From assembly GCF_000196355.1 (NCBI RefSeq), contig NC_007614.1:2880001-2912000 (forward strand): a stretch of 32,000 bases of DNA. Direction: 5' to 3'. Positions within the stretch are counted from its first letter, which is position 1. Every line of letters starts with the position of its first letter. The DNA is from Nitrosospira multiformis ATCC 25196 (GTDB lineage: Bacteria > Pseudomonadota > Gammaproteobacteria > Burkholderiales > Nitrosomonadaceae). The notes beneath the pieces were generated by a model. The model was not told the DNA's origin and did no database searches. It saw only the letters and a program-made list of their open reading frames with translations. Shown piece after piece: positions 1 to 10,151 of the stretch. The position numbers and the translations under genes were made by a program.

Positions 1-50
1 ATCATTAAGCGTCGAAGCATATAAAGAGCACATTTCCGTCCCCTGTAAAA

Positions 51-965
51 CTACCTTCCTGATCGCATCAGCCGTTTCAGGGACGCCTTGACACCTAGCT
101 GTTCCAATTTGTCACCCGTGAATTTACTGAAATGATCAACTGCCCTTTGCGACTGGAGCAGACATATATTGCGCATATTAGCTAGAACAAAAAAAACGTT
201 GGCGCACTGAACACTGTCAGTGGCAAACAGTTTTTTATGCTCTGATTGGCCCTCGGTGAAATCAAACAAGCGGAAAATTTTTTCGTCGAACAGGTACTCC
301 AAAGCCAGCCATTGCAGAATCGTGCCTACTGAAAAATTCATATAGTCCGGATGGTATCCGAGATATGCGTAGAGGACGATTCCATTTGATATCGGACAGT
401 AAAGATATGAGACGGGCCTATCTCGATGGAAAAGAAGGAACGCGCGAACGCGACCCTGTTGAGCCAGCCGCTCCATCTGCTCGCAGAATTCTGCGGAATC
501 AGGCAGCCCCGCGTCGAGCAATCTTTCCTGGTAAGTTGTACTGGACACAGTGCGGGCCAGCCGAAAGAATTCGGCCATTTCGCCAGGAGACTTGTAGACT
601 CTCCAAGAGATACTGCCACCGCAATGCTCTGTGTACTTCCGTATTTTGCGACTGATAGTCGAGCGTGTCTTGGAGGAAAACTTGCTCTTGTATTCCGCAA
701 ACGACTGCTGCATATCAATGTAATAGCGGGGATACTGCGCGGGCACATAACACAGATAAGCGCCCTGCCTCCGTAGCACGGGCTGTGGTCCGGCGATGCG
801 CAGCGATCTGAGCAGGAAGCCCTGGCTTCCTTCATGGAGGGGATCAGCGGGCGCCATTGGCTCGGCCACGGGGGGTGTTTCATCGTCAAGTCCCGCTTCC
901 CGCACCTGTAACCACAACCTGGGGGCTAGCAAGGTCTTGTCACCCAGTTGTATCTTTATCGGCAC
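51..965 (-). CDS. GNAT/FemAB (CelD/BcsL-like) acyltransferase-like protein, part of the exopolysaccharide cluster
   Basis: The ORF is open from 1121, but 965 (GTG, VPIKIQLGDKTLL...) is the likely start because it removes a 133 bp overlap with the upstream gene. The C-terminus LFDFTEGQSEHKKLFA is typical of Acetyltransf_6/FemAB-like proteins. Confidence 0.72.
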   Translation of the reverse strand: MPIKIQLGDKTLLAPRLWLQVREAGLDDETPPVAEPMAPADPLHEGSQGFLLRSLRIAGPQPVLRRQGAYLCYVPAQYPRYYIDMQQSFAEYKSKFSSKTRSTISRKIRKYTEHCGGSISWRVYKSPGEMAEFFRLARTVSSTTYQERLLDAGLPDSAEFCEQMERLAQQGRVRAFLLFHRDRPVSYLYCPISNGIVLYAYLGYHPDYMNFSVGTILQWLALEYLFDEKIFRLFDFTEGQSEHKKLFATDSVQCANVFFVLANMRNICLLQSQRAVDHFSKFTGDKLEQLGVKASLKRLMRSGR

Positions 966-988
966 CTGTTGACAATGCCATGCCTGAT

Positions 989-1951
989 TCAACGAAGCCT
1001 CCTGAGCAAACCCTGCTCGAGGATCCTGAATCCCGTTTTCCAGACCGGTGAGGTGAGTGGAGCGGGTTGCAGGGGAACAGACACAGGCATCAGGCCATGA
1101 AAACCCCGTACGCGAAAACAATCCCGATGCCGATCAAGGAAAGAACAGAGTTTATGAAAACGCTCTATTACAATTTCGTCCGGACGATCCATCGACGGGT
1201 TGAGCAATTCGAAATTGTGCGACAGGATAACAAAAGCTTTACGTCCGGACTCCAGCGACTGCCAGAGAAGACCCTCCATCTCCTGATAAGAACATGCAGT
1301 CAACTGGGCATGCCGCAATCCGCCCACGCCCCCGTCGAAGACCGTCATCGGATATTCGTACACACCTTCGCATTCGACGGGCTCCACCAAGGGCATTTCA
1401 GGACTGACACCGCTATCCTGTCCGAGCATGCTCGCGTTGTAACTGCTATCGAAAGCGATCTGGTTTACATTCAGGGCGCGCAACGTATCCCGGTTGAAGC
1501 CAAAACCTCCCGCACGAAATGCATTTACGCGCGGCGCTCCCGCTGATTCGATCAACAGCACTCCTGTCTGTATCAGGATTGTTTGTTCTTCCAGTGAAAA
1601 ATAGCGCAGATACTGTCTTTTGCGGCTCACATTGTCGAGCAATGGCTGGTTTGATTCGTCTACCCATTCGGTATGGAGATGAAGCTGTATTTCATGACCT
1701 TCTTCCCGAATGAGGCCGAGAATTTCCACCAGCGGATCAGGGCCAAACCGCGTCGAGAACAGGGGTTCAACAAAAAATACTCCGGTCAATCCATAGTCCC
1801 GCAACTGGCGCAACTGGTACGGCAGGCCATAATCTCCTTTACGGGTAGGACCATAGATATATCTCCGGAACGCTGCCGGGAATTTGGCGTCGAGGTCCTC
1901 CCAGCCATTGCACCATACCTCGACATCAACAGTAAGGAATACATCCAGCAT
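989..1951 (-). CDS. Polysaccharide deacetylase family protein (NodB-like fold)
   Basis: 320 aa ORF with N-terminal FLTVDVEVW, then GVFFVEP, GHEIQLHLHTEW and FRAGGFGFN, which are metal-binding and catalytic motif-like segments of carbohydrate esterase 4 / WalW-like proteins. Confidence 0.8.
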   Translation of the reverse strand: MLDVFLTVDVEVWCNGWEDLDAKFPAAFRRYIYGPTRKGDYGLPYQLRQLRDYGLTGVFFVEPLFSTRFGPDPLVEILGLIREEGHEIQLHLHTEWVDESNQPLLDNVSRKRQYLRYFSLEEQTILIQTGVLLIESAGAPRVNAFRAGGFGFNRDTLRALNVNQIAFDSSYNASMLGQDSGVSPEMPLVEPVECEGVYEYPMTVFDGGVGGLRHAQLTACSYQEMEGLLWQSLESGRKAFVILSHNFELLNPSMDRPDEIVIERFHKLCSFLDRHRDCFRVRGFHGLMPVSVPLQPAPLTSPVWKTGFRILEQGLLRRLR

Positions 1952-2091
1952 CGGACCACTCGCGGAATTTAACGGCTATCGACTACCGGATCAGGATGAG
2001 CCGGCGGGTGAAAAGACCTGGAACGCTTGGGCCCCAGGATTTCGCCCTCCGCCCCGATCTGCCGACGAATCTCGATTCCGCCACAATCTGC

Positions 2092-4035
2092 TCACGCAAA
2101 ATGAACCAGCCTCAGCCCTTCCCCGGAAGCGTGCACTTGCTCGGCATTAAGCACGTGGCGCAAAAACGATTCAAACATCAACAACGACCACAGGGAAGCG
2201 CTATAGTCGCGCCGCCCCGATTGGTGTTGGTCCAGCATTTCCCTCAGAAATGCGCCATTGAAGAATCCCGTATCCACCAGAACGGGTCCCAGCAGTGCAT
2301 CATTTATCCGCTGACGCAGGGGGCCGCGAAACCAGCTTGCGAGCGGAACCGAGAATCCCATCTTGTCGCGATAAAGAATGTCGTCTGACAGGTAGGGTTC
2401 CAGGGCTTTCTTGAATACATATTTGCCTTCATGCCCGCGCAGTTTGATGGATGCGGGAAGCCCCGATATCCATTCGACCAGCTCGTGATCCAGGAGAGGC
2501 ACGCGTACTTCCAGGGAATGCGCCATGCTTGCGCGGTCTACCTTGGTAAGAATATCACCCACCAGGTATGTTTTCATATCCAGATATTGAACACGAGAAA
2601 GAGGATCTGTCACCGGACATTTATCCGCATGCCTGCGCAGGATCTCTACTGCCCCATACCCCTGAAGCTCACGCCTGAAGGACTCGCTGAACAACCGGCG
2701 CCTCATGCCGTCTTTCATGATCGAAACACTGTGAAAATAGCCTTCCACAGAATCTCTCGCGAGAGCTTCAAGGGTAGATTTCGCACGCAATACTTTCGGC
2801 GCCCAATCCGCCTTGGGATACAGATTCCCGAGCAGGCCGAACAAGGGTTTGCGAAGTCCCAACGGCAAAATGGATCGCATTCTCTCTTCATAGAGGTGCC
2901 ATCGGTAACGACGATAGCCCCCAAGGTTTTCGTCCCCCCCATCCCCTGATAAGACAACAGTGACCCGTTTCCTGGCCAGTTGACAAACCCGGTAGGTAGG
3001 CATGGCCGAACTATCCGCGAAGGGCTCGTCGTACAGTGAAGCCAACTGGTCTATGAGGTCGAAATCGTCCTGGTCAACCTGGCCTACCTGATGATGCGTA
3101 TGATAGCGGTCCGCCACCTTTTGCGCATATTGAGATTCGTTGAAAGCAGGATCCCCAAAAGAAATGGAGCAGGTATTGACGGGTTCGTTCATGAGGCCCG
3201 CCATCATTGCCACCACCGCGCTCGAATCCACGCCTCCGGACAGAAAAGCGCCCAAGGGCACTTCGGTCATCAAATGTACCTTCACCGACTCACGCAGTCG
3301 GGCAATCAACTCTTTCCGGGCTTCCTCCAGGCTCAGGGGAGAATGCGCCGTAAACGGAACATCCCAGTAGGATTGAGGTTGAAGTACGGTTCGTCCCCGG
3401 CTGAGCTTCAGAGTATGCGCCGGGGGAAGCTTATATGCCTGCTTGAAGATGGTTTTTGGCTCCGGCACATATCCATAAGCAAAATAATCTTCTATGGCAT
3501 GAACGTCCATATCCCGGATAAAACCGGGATGGGCAAGGATTCCCTTGAGCTCTGATGCAAAAACGAAAGTCCCATCATCCAGCAGGCTGTAGTAGAGTGG
3601 CTTGATGCCCAGCCGGTCTCGCGCGAGAAACAGGACCTCCTGGTTGCGATCCCACAAGGCGAATGCGAACATGCCGCGGAAGCGGTTTACACAGCGTTCA
3701 CCCCACTCTTCCCAGGCATGAACAATGACTTCGGTATCACAATGTGTCCGGAAGGTGTGACCCCGGCTGGAAAGTTCTTTGGCAAGCGTCTCGAAGTTAT
3801 AGATCTCGCCATTGAAAACCACCACCACACTACCATCTTCATTGAAAAGCGGTTGCTGTCCACTGGAAACATCCATAATCGAGAGACGACGATGACCGAA
3901 ACCCAGTCCTGGCTCGGTGTAAACTTCTCCTTCATCCGGACCGCGGTGTACCTGAACCTGATTTATTCCCAGAAGCAATTGCCGGTCGATTGATCTTTTG
4001 CCGCGAGTATCGAACAGGCCCACAATTCCGCACAT
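2092..4035 (-). CDS. Asparagine synthase-type glutamine amidotransferase, XrtA/PEP-CTERM system-associated
   Basis: 647 aa. N-terminal MCGIVGLFD with catalytic Cys2, GHRRLSIMD, FNGEIYN, and synthase-domain PP-loop LSGGVDSSAV. Sits directly downstream of the XrtA cluster glycosyltransferase. Confidence 0.93.
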   Translation of the reverse strand: MCGIVGLFDTRGKRSIDRQLLLGINQVQVHRGPDEGEVYTEPGLGFGHRRLSIMDVSSGQQPLFNEDGSVVVVFNGEIYNFETLAKELSSRGHTFRTHCDTEVIVHAWEEWGERCVNRFRGMFAFALWDRNQEVLFLARDRLGIKPLYYSLLDDGTFVFASELKGILAHPGFIRDMDVHAIEDYFAYGYVPEPKTIFKQAYKLPPAHTLKLSRGRTVLQPQSYWDVPFTAHSPLSLEEARKELIARLRESVKVHLMTEVPLGAFLSGGVDSSAVVAMMAGLMNEPVNTCSISFGDPAFNESQYAQKVADRYHTHHQVGQVDQDDFDLIDQLASLYDEPFADSSAMPTYRVCQLARKRVTVVLSGDGGDENLGGYRRYRWHLYEERMRSILPLGLRKPLFGLLGNLYPKADWAPKVLRAKSTLEALARDSVEGYFHSVSIMKDGMRRRLFSESFRRELQGYGAVEILRRHADKCPVTDPLSRVQYLDMKTYLVGDILTKVDRASMAHSLEVRVPLLDHELVEWISGLPASIKLRGHEGKYVFKKALEPYLSDDILYRDKMGFSVPLASWFRGPLRQRINDALLGPVLVDTGFFNGAFLREMLDQHQSGRRDYSASLWSLLMFESFLRHVLNAEQVHASGEGLRLVHFA

Positions 4036-4055
4036 GTTATTTTTCCTTCCGCCCG

Positions 4056-5261
4056 TTATACCCTACGTAACACTCGGTCATAGACTTCAAGATATCCGGA
4101 CATCATGGCTTCCATACTGAACCTTGCCTCGACCTGCTTTCGGGCAGCGCGGCCGTGTTCTATCAACAGCTCCGGATTTCTGTAATACTCCTGTATGGCT
4201 CCTGCCAGCGCAGTTGCCGATCCCGGCGGAACCAGCATTCCTGTCATGCCTTCCTCAACCAGTTCCGCATTTCCTCCCACCCGGGTGGCGACGACGGGCA
4301 AGCCGGTAGACATAGCCTCGAGAATGGTGTTGGAAATGCCCTCTCCAAGCGAAGGAAGCACAAACAGATCCATGCTGCGCATGAGTTCAGGAATGTCGTC
4401 CCGTTCACCGGGAAACCAGACAAGTCCTTCGATTCCCGCTTCACGCACCTTTTCAATGCAGCGCTGCCGGGTACTCCCCGCCCCGACAATCAATAACCGA
4501 AGTCTTTCGTGAGCCGCAGGCATTTCCTTCAGCAAAAGTAAAAATGCTTCTATCAGGCCGAGGTAATTCTTCACATCTGCCATGCGGCCGACACTGCCAA
4601 TGACAAAGGCATCTTCCCTGAAAAATCCCGGAATCGCTCCCTGAACCCTATTGTTCTTCAAGGATGTGCTTTTACGCGGATAAAAGCGTCGGCTGTCTAC
4701 GCCATTGTAGATTTGATTGATGCGATGCGGCGCTGCCCGTACCGTATCGACAAGCCAGCTTTCGAGATCCCTGCTGACGGTGATGAAATGGTTTATAAAC
4801 GGACGAATCGCTTTTCTCAATAAATTATATTTACGGTTTTTACCATGCAGGTCGAACATATCCCGCCCATGCTCGCCATGGACTCTTGCCCGCGCCCCCG
4901 CAAGAGCTGCAATCACCTGACCTTCCATGGCAGCCAGATTACGGGTATGCACGATGTCGGGCTTCAAGCGCCTGAGCGCTCTGAAAAGATCGATATATAG
5001 CTTGAAATCATGTCCATCGCGCTTGTTCAACGCGATAACCTCCACGTCTTCGCTGACAATCCTGCTCCTGAAGTCCGAATACCCCTTCAGGCAAACTATG
5101 GCATGCCGGTAGCGATCGGGTGGAATATGATTGATGAGATTGACTACGCCATTTTCCAGTCCCCCCACCCCCAGATGATAAATCACATGAGCAATGAGAG
5201 GCGGCTGCTTGACGTGTTCCGCGGGACTCAACCGCAGCCTGTCACTAACGGTTGGCTGCAT
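4056..5261 (-). CDS. Glycosyltransferase, XrtA/PEP-CTERM system-associated (Stp2-type, GT4-like)
   Basis: 401 aa with N-terminal HVIYHLGVGGLENGVVNLI, HTRNLAAMEG, GSVGRMADVKNY, and C-terminal FVLPSLGEGISNTILEAMSTGLPVVATRVGGNAELVEEG. Start overlaps the xrtA end by 17 bp; a later start is possible. Confidence 0.9.
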   Translation of the reverse strand: MQPTVSDRLRLSPAEHVKQPPLIAHVIYHLGVGGLENGVVNLINHIPPDRYRHAIVCLKGYSDFRSRIVSEDVEVIALNKRDGHDFKLYIDLFRALRRLKPDIVHTRNLAAMEGQVIAALAGARARVHGEHGRDMFDLHGKNRKYNLLRKAIRPFINHFITVSRDLESWLVDTVRAAPHRINQIYNGVDSRRFYPRKSTSLKNNRVQGAIPGFFREDAFVIGSVGRMADVKNYLGLIEAFLLLLKEMPAAHERLRLLIVGAGSTRQRCIEKVREAGIEGLVWFPGERDDIPELMRSMDLFVLPSLGEGISNTILEAMSTGLPVVATRVGGNAELVEEGMTGMLVPPGSATALAGAIQEYYRNPELLIEHGRAARKQVEARFSMEAMMSGYLEVYDRVLRRV

Positions 5262-6867
5262 TTCGAAGTGCGCCCGTTATTGCAGGCGCCCTATCCATAA
5301 TAAAATCCTGAAGCACTGAAGCTGCTTCATCGAGGCTGTCCTCGTATCGTGTTGCCACAATGAGCTCAGCCGCATCGTCGCCTCTTCCCAGGAGCTTATT
5401 CCTGGCCAGCAGGAACTTTGCCCAATACGGATTTGCGGTCTCCTCACCTCCTATCCAATACCATCGCCACACAAGCAGCGATGCCGAAGAGGAGTGCAAC
5501 CGGTTCTGTTTGACGATTTCTTCCTGCGAACCCAGGAGGATTCTGCGCATATCTTCGCCAGCCTCATGCCATTTTGATCCCTTTCCCGCTACAAGCACAT
5601 TTTCGGAATTGATCAATTCAGCACCCTGCTTCTGGTCGCGGTAATAACTGATGTAAAGATCTACCGACTGTCCGTTATTCCGGTAATTTCTCAGAAACTG
5701 AGCAGTCGAACCCGTGTATATGGGTTTCCAATCGGAAAGGGGTTCCGGGCTACCTTGCCACTTGCCGGATGTATCTAAGATATGGATTTCCACTTCTTCC
5801 GTACCGTAGGAAATCTTCCTTTCCAGCCACTCCGCGTATATCGGCCAGATGACGGCTATGCTTAAAGCCGCGACAGCAGTGAAAATTGTCCTTATCAAGG
5901 TGGAATCACCTCCAGGAGCGCGGTTATTTCCTGTCGAGCTCTGCGCTGTAAAGCCGGCCTCAAACCTGTTCTCATCTTCGCGCCAGAAGGATCCGATCCA
6001 GAATAGCACCAGCATTACAAAGCCAAAGAATACCCATCCGTAAATCAGGTGGTCGATGCCCACCGCGAGCTGCATATCGCTCAGGTGGCCGGTCATTACA
6101 ATCAGATAGGCGCGGATACCGTTGGCAAGGATCGGCACGATCAGAGACAGGGCAATAAATATCAGCCGACGGCTGAGGCTCCGATAGGTCAGGTATGCAT
6201 AAAGGGTTCCGAGCGTAAAGGATGCAATCAGGTAGCGCAGCCCGCTGCAGGCTTCAACCACCGACCAATTGCCGCTGGGAATGGTAAAAAAATTGCCTTC
6301 GCGATAGACAGGAATTCCGGTCAGCTGAAGTGCTGTCACGGTAAAGTCCGCGGTAAAGTTTATCAGCGGCGGTATGAATGCATCGCCAAAAGGTACGGCG
6401 AGCAGGAGGTAGGCTAATGGAAAGGCCAGTGCCCATGCTATCTGATTTCCCAGGATTGCCCAGACGGCGGCGGAAATCATCGCTATCACCATGAATTGCG
6501 CAAATACCTGCACACTTGCCAAGGTTCCCAGAAGCCAGCTGAAACCGAGAATCGCAAGCACGAACAGAACTTTGGGATTGGGACGCGCAAAAAGAGTGGC
6601 GAGATGCTTGCGCTCTCCCCAGATCAGATAGCCGCTGAACGGAAAGATCAGAAAGCCATGAGCAAACGTATCCGATCTGGCCCAGGTGGAAATCATGGAC
6701 CAGGTTGTCTCATGATAAGCAAGGAGAATTCCCGCAATGACCCCGAGCGCAAGCAGAGCGCCTGCTTTCAACCCCTCATGCTCCAGTGCCAGTGAGGGGT
6801 CCGGGGCGATGCCCTGGCGGACTCCTGCATTCATATGCCTCGCTCCACTCGAAATTGTCTCCGCCAA
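5245..6867 (-). CDS. xrtA: Exosortase A fused to a C-terminal EpsI-family domain
   Basis: 540 aa with a multi-pass membrane N-terminal domain. Exosortase catalytic motifs are present: Cys in VVEACSGLRYLIASF, Arg in VPILANGIRAYLIVMTGH, His in VGIDHLIYGWVFFG. A soluble C-terminal EpsI-like region follows (DLYISYYRDQKQGAELINSENVL...GWRWYW-like segment). Confidence 0.95.
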   Translation of the reverse strand: MAETISSGARHMNAGVRQGIAPDPSLALEHEGLKAGALLALGVIAGILLAYHETTWSMISTWARSDTFAHGFLIFPFSGYLIWGERKHLATLFARPNPKVLFVLAILGFSWLLGTLASVQVFAQFMVIAMISAAVWAILGNQIAWALAFPLAYLLLAVPFGDAFIPPLINFTADFTVTALQLTGIPVYREGNFFTIPSGNWSVVEACSGLRYLIASFTLGTLYAYLTYRSLSRRLIFIALSLIVPILANGIRAYLIVMTGHLSDMQLAVGIDHLIYGWVFFGFVMLVLFWIGSFWREDENRFEAGFTAQSSTGNNRAPGGDSTLIRTIFTAVAALSIAVIWPIYAEWLERKISYGTEEVEIHILDTSGKWQGSPEPLSDWKPIYTGSTAQFLRNYRNNGQSVDLYISYYRDQKQGAELINSENVLVAGKGSKWHEAGEDMRRILLGSQEEIVKQNRLHSSSASLLVWRWYWIGGEETANPYWAKFLLARNKLLGRGDDAAELIVATRYEDSLDEAASVLQDFIMDRAPAITGALRNAANR

Positions 6868-6888
6868 TGGTAGTACAAGGAATTCTGC

Positions 6889-8094
6889 CTAAACTGCCTG
6901 GGGTTGTGACAGGAGTCTGTCGATACGTCCCAAACCATTTTTCCAGCTGTAATCTTCCAGCACGCGCACTCTTGCAGCTCGACAGATTCCAGGATGCTCG
7001 CCGTTCTGGAGAAAGGAGATAACCCGATGGGCGAAGTCCTGTTCATCAAGGGCAACCACCAGTTCCTCCTCCCTTCGCGCGCGAATGCCTTCCGCAGCCG
7101 ACGGAGAAGCTATGACGATTTTCTCCATGGCCATTGCCTCCAGGACTTTGTTCTGTATTCCACGCGCAATGCGTAGCGGCGCAACCACCAGCGAGGCATG
7201 CGCCAGATAGGGCCGGATGTCGGACACGAACCCCGTTACCCTGATGCCCGGAAATGCCGAGAGAGCTGCTACGGTATCGGATGGGCGTGCTCCGACAATA
7301 TAGAATTCGACTTCCGGTAGCTTCGCGCGGATCGCCGGAAAAACAGCCCTTGCAAACCAGGCAACTGCGTCAACATTGGCCCGATAATCCATCGCGCCAG
7401 TGAACACAAGAATGCGCTTCCCCTCCGGATACGGATTGGGATAGCTATTTTGCGGTGAAAAATAATTGGCATCGACGCCGTTATTGAAGTGAGTCACTTT
7501 TGCAGCAGCTTCGGGTAGCAATCTGTGAAACAGGTCGGCTTCTGTCTCGGAGACGAAAGTGGCGCTGTCGAATGCGCGCGCGATCTCCTTTTCATAGCCC
7601 AGCAGCAATCTCGATTCTCTTCGGTATATCCAGTTCATCGGCCAGCCTGCTGATGTCGAATATTGCATCCACTTGTCCGAATCAATGTCGACAAAATCGA
7701 TAATCCGGCGGATATGCTGCACCCGACTTACATATTGCGCCATTCCTGAGGAAAAGATCAGGATATTCTCAACAGGTCTTGTGCCAAGTACATGATTTAC
7801 CCATGCTTGCAGGCGCGGGTTCCAGTAGTAGGGAAGGGTAAGGGGCTTCCCGCAAAGCAATCCCGAAAGGCTGCGCCCCCTGGCCATCCCTGGATGGAGG
7901 TTGATGAAACAGGTTTCCCCGCAGAGGCTTCTTACCTTCTCGATATATTTCCAGTCCCCCTCGTCGTCGATAAAGGTGCCAAGATGGACGCGGTGGTGTT
8001 GTGCCAGATGTTCCAGCAGATGATAGGACCGGATCTTGTCCCCCTTATTCGGGGGATAAGGAATTCGATGGACCAGATAAAGCAATTCGCGCAT
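6889..8094 (-). CDS. Glycosyltransferase, XrtA/PEP-CTERM system-associated (Stp1-type)
   Basis: 401 aa: MRELLYLVHRIPYPPNKGDKIRSYHLLEHLAQHHRVHLGTFIDD, VFTGAMDYRANVDAVAWF, RGIQNKVLEAMAMEKIVIASPSAAEG. Located between xrtA and the FemAB-like gene as expected for the family. Confidence 0.92.
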   Translation of the reverse strand: MRELLYLVHRIPYPPNKGDKIRSYHLLEHLAQHHRVHLGTFIDDEGDWKYIEKVRSLCGETCFINLHPGMARGRSLSGLLCGKPLTLPYYWNPRLQAWVNHVLGTRPVENILIFSSGMAQYVSRVQHIRRIIDFVDIDSDKWMQYSTSAGWPMNWIYRRESRLLLGYEKEIARAFDSATFVSETEADLFHRLLPEAAAKVTHFNNGVDANYFSPQNSYPNPYPEGKRILVFTGAMDYRANVDAVAWFARAVFPAIRAKLPEVEFYIVGARPSDTVAALSAFPGIRVTGFVSDIRPYLAHASLVVAPLRIARGIQNKVLEAMAMEKIVIASPSAAEGIRARREEELVVALDEQDFAHRVISFLQNGEHPGICRAARVRVLEDYSWKNGLGRIDRLLSQPQAV

Positions 8095-8098
8095 GAAT

Positions 8099-9184
8099 CT
8101 AGCCCAGATTTCTTACGATGTGCGGACCGACGAGGTTTGCCAGACCCAGCGGCAGCTTTTGCCAAGCCTTGATGAAGATCTGATACCTGGGATTGAGGGG
8201 ATTATGGTCCGGCACTTCCTTTGCCTGATGGAGTTGGTACTCATAGTGCAAAGGCTGCGGTTCAAATCCCCAGTTCTTCTTGAAATCGAAAGAACCCGAC
8301 CCGCGTTTGCTGCGTCCGAAATCAAAAACCTTGCACCCCTTTTCGCATGCCCGCCGCATCAGTTCCCAATACATGAAATCATTTCCCGCTACCTCGCGCG
8401 CTTCCCCGGTCCCACCTCCATAGTAGGGCAAGACTTCGTCCCGAAAATAAAAGCTCATCACGGCGGAGATGGTGCGGTTATCCTTCACGATTATCATCAG
8501 CTCGCAATCTTCCGCAAACACTTCTTTGAGCAGGCGGAAATACTTCCTCGAAAAAACCGGGGTGCCAAGGCGATGCACGCTGGCAGAATAAGCTGAAAAA
8601 AAACGTTCTATATCCTGATCAACGACACTTTCCAGTCCTGCCTTGATACCTTTTCGCACCATTGCCCGTTGCTTGCGTGGAATGGCGCTCATGTTTTGTT
8701 CGATCTCGGACGCTATCTCCTTGCGAAAGGTGACATAAAGGTCCTTTCCGTGCCAGTCGGCGTGATGGGGTTTCAGATTCCTGTATTCGAGATAGTCTAC
8801 TTGCAACTCTTGGGCCAGCTTTTGGGCGGATCTGTCCAGTGCATCCCGGACAGTTTGCGAATCCGCAGCAATTCCTCCATACACGCAGAAAGGCAGGGAA
8901 CTCAGTGAATGACCAAACAAACGGCTATTGATCTCCGCCAGGGGAAGCACCCCCTGAATTTCCCCTTCGCATTCCGCGTAAAGGAACCAGGTTTTATGAC
9001 CAAAGGCACGTTCAATGACGGTTTGCCAACCTGCCCGATGAAAGAAGGTCGCTTCCCGGCAGCACGATACGAAATCATCCCATCGCCTAACATCCCTCCC
9101 GGAAAGCAGGTTTACCGACAACGCGCCAGTTGGATGCGAAGACTCCAAATTCACATTTGCAACCGAATACGCCAGTGGACTCAT
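8099..9184 (-). CDS. FemAB-like protein, XrtA/PEP-CTERM system-associated
   Basis: 361 aa with ATFFHRAGWQTVIERAFGHKTWFLYAE, PFCVYGGIAADS, YYGGGTGEAREVAGNDFMYWELMRRACEKGCKVFDFGRSKRGSGSFDFKKNWGF. Overlaps the upstream deacetylase stop by 4 bp (ATGA). Confidence 0.92.
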   Translation of the reverse strand: MSPLAYSVANVNLESSHPTGALSVNLLSGRDVRRWDDFVSCCREATFFHRAGWQTVIERAFGHKTWFLYAECEGEIQGVLPLAEINSRLFGHSLSSLPFCVYGGIAADSQTVRDALDRSAQKLAQELQVDYLEYRNLKPHHADWHGKDLYVTFRKEIASEIEQNMSAIPRKQRAMVRKGIKAGLESVVDQDIERFFSAYSASVHRLGTPVFSRKYFRLLKEVFAEDCELMIIVKDNRTISAVMSFYFRDEVLPYYGGGTGEAREVAGNDFMYWELMRRACEKGCKVFDFGRSKRGSGSFDFKKNWGFEPQPLHYEYQLHQAKEVPDHNPLNPRYQIFIKAWQKLPLGLANLVGPHIVRNLG

Positions 9185-10056
9185 GCACCTTCCAGAAAAA
9201 TTCTATCCATCCGATCCCACCTGAAGTCGCGAACCAACGCCCGGAGTCGGTTTTCCATTCGATGGAGGTTGTGATAATGGCGAAAACGTGTTTTCATGCT
9301 GATCCCCTTCTGGCGCGGTTGCTGGTGATCTATTTCCCATGGGTGGAAATAGAAGATTGCAGGACGCTCCTCGAAATGATTCAGCCTCTGCAGAAACCAG
9401 CGGGAGACAGGATAGGGCCATAACCGGAAATAACCCCCACCACCTGCAGGGAAATTTCTCTGGAACAGTCGTACCGTTGTAATCGGGACTTCCAGCAGGG
9501 TGTTGTTGCGGGGGTAATAAGCGAACCGCGGAGCATCGGGAACTCCATAGTGATCATGCCGGATTGGGTAGATACTGGAACTATAACGGTAGCCCGCATC
9601 CCCGAGCAGATCCAGCGCCCATTCATTCTGGTGTCCTATGGAGAAACTCGGCGCCCGATACCCGAGTACGGGTTGCCCGGAAATATCTTCTAGGAGCGCC
9701 TTGCTGCGAACAATGTCCTCCCTGAATTCGTCAGCATCCAGTTCCCAAACCCGATGATGGCCCCACCCGTGACTTGCCAGCTCATGGCCCTCTGCAACCA
9801 GCCGCCTCACCATTGCGGGATAACGCTCTGCAATCCACCCCAAAGTAAAGAAGGTTGCTTTTACCTCCCTCTCGTCCAGCAATGAAAGAATCCGATCGAT
9901 ATTATTTTCTACACGGCAGGAGATGGAGTTCCATGAGTCTCTCGGAATATGAGCCGCAAAGGCGGAAACCTGGAAATAATCCTCGACGTCGATCGTCATT
10001 GCATTTCGAATAGGGTCAGGACTCATTTTAAAAATCTCGTATAACTCGAATAGCAA
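9181..10056 (-). CDS. Polysaccharide deacetylase, XrtA/PEP-CTERM system-associated
   Basis: 291 aa: NAMTIDVEDYFQVSAFA, ATFFTLGWIAERYP, ELASHGWGHHRVWELDADEFREDI, GYRAPSFSIG, FYFHPWEID; complete NodB/CE4 motif set. Confidence 0.93.
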   Translation of the reverse strand: MLFELYEIFKMSPDPIRNAMTIDVEDYFQVSAFAAHIPRDSWNSISCRVENNIDRILSLLDEREVKATFFTLGWIAERYPAMVRRLVAEGHELASHGWGHHRVWELDADEFREDIVRSKALLEDISGQPVLGYRAPSFSIGHQNEWALDLLGDAGYRYSSSIYPIRHDHYGVPDAPRFAYYPRNNTLLEVPITTVRLFQRNFPAGGGGYFRLWPYPVSRWFLQRLNHFEERPAIFYFHPWEIDHQQPRQKGISMKTRFRHYHNLHRMENRLRALVRDFRWDRMDRIFLEGA

Positions 10057-10151
10057 TACCTGCGCCGGACGCGGCTTCCTCGTAATCTCGCCCTCATGCT
10101 CATCGGTATTTCTTGACCGACCTTGTTGGACTGCGCATGGCAGACGTACTT

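Noticed and set aside
338-889. 183-aa minus-strand ORF inside the first acyltransferase gene
   Set aside because: Same-strand alternative frame of a better-supported gene, with no domain features.
966-1121. N-terminal extension of the first acyltransferase ORF
   Set aside because: Overlaps the upstream deacetylase gene by 133 bp. The GTG at 965 gives a compact 23-bp junction.
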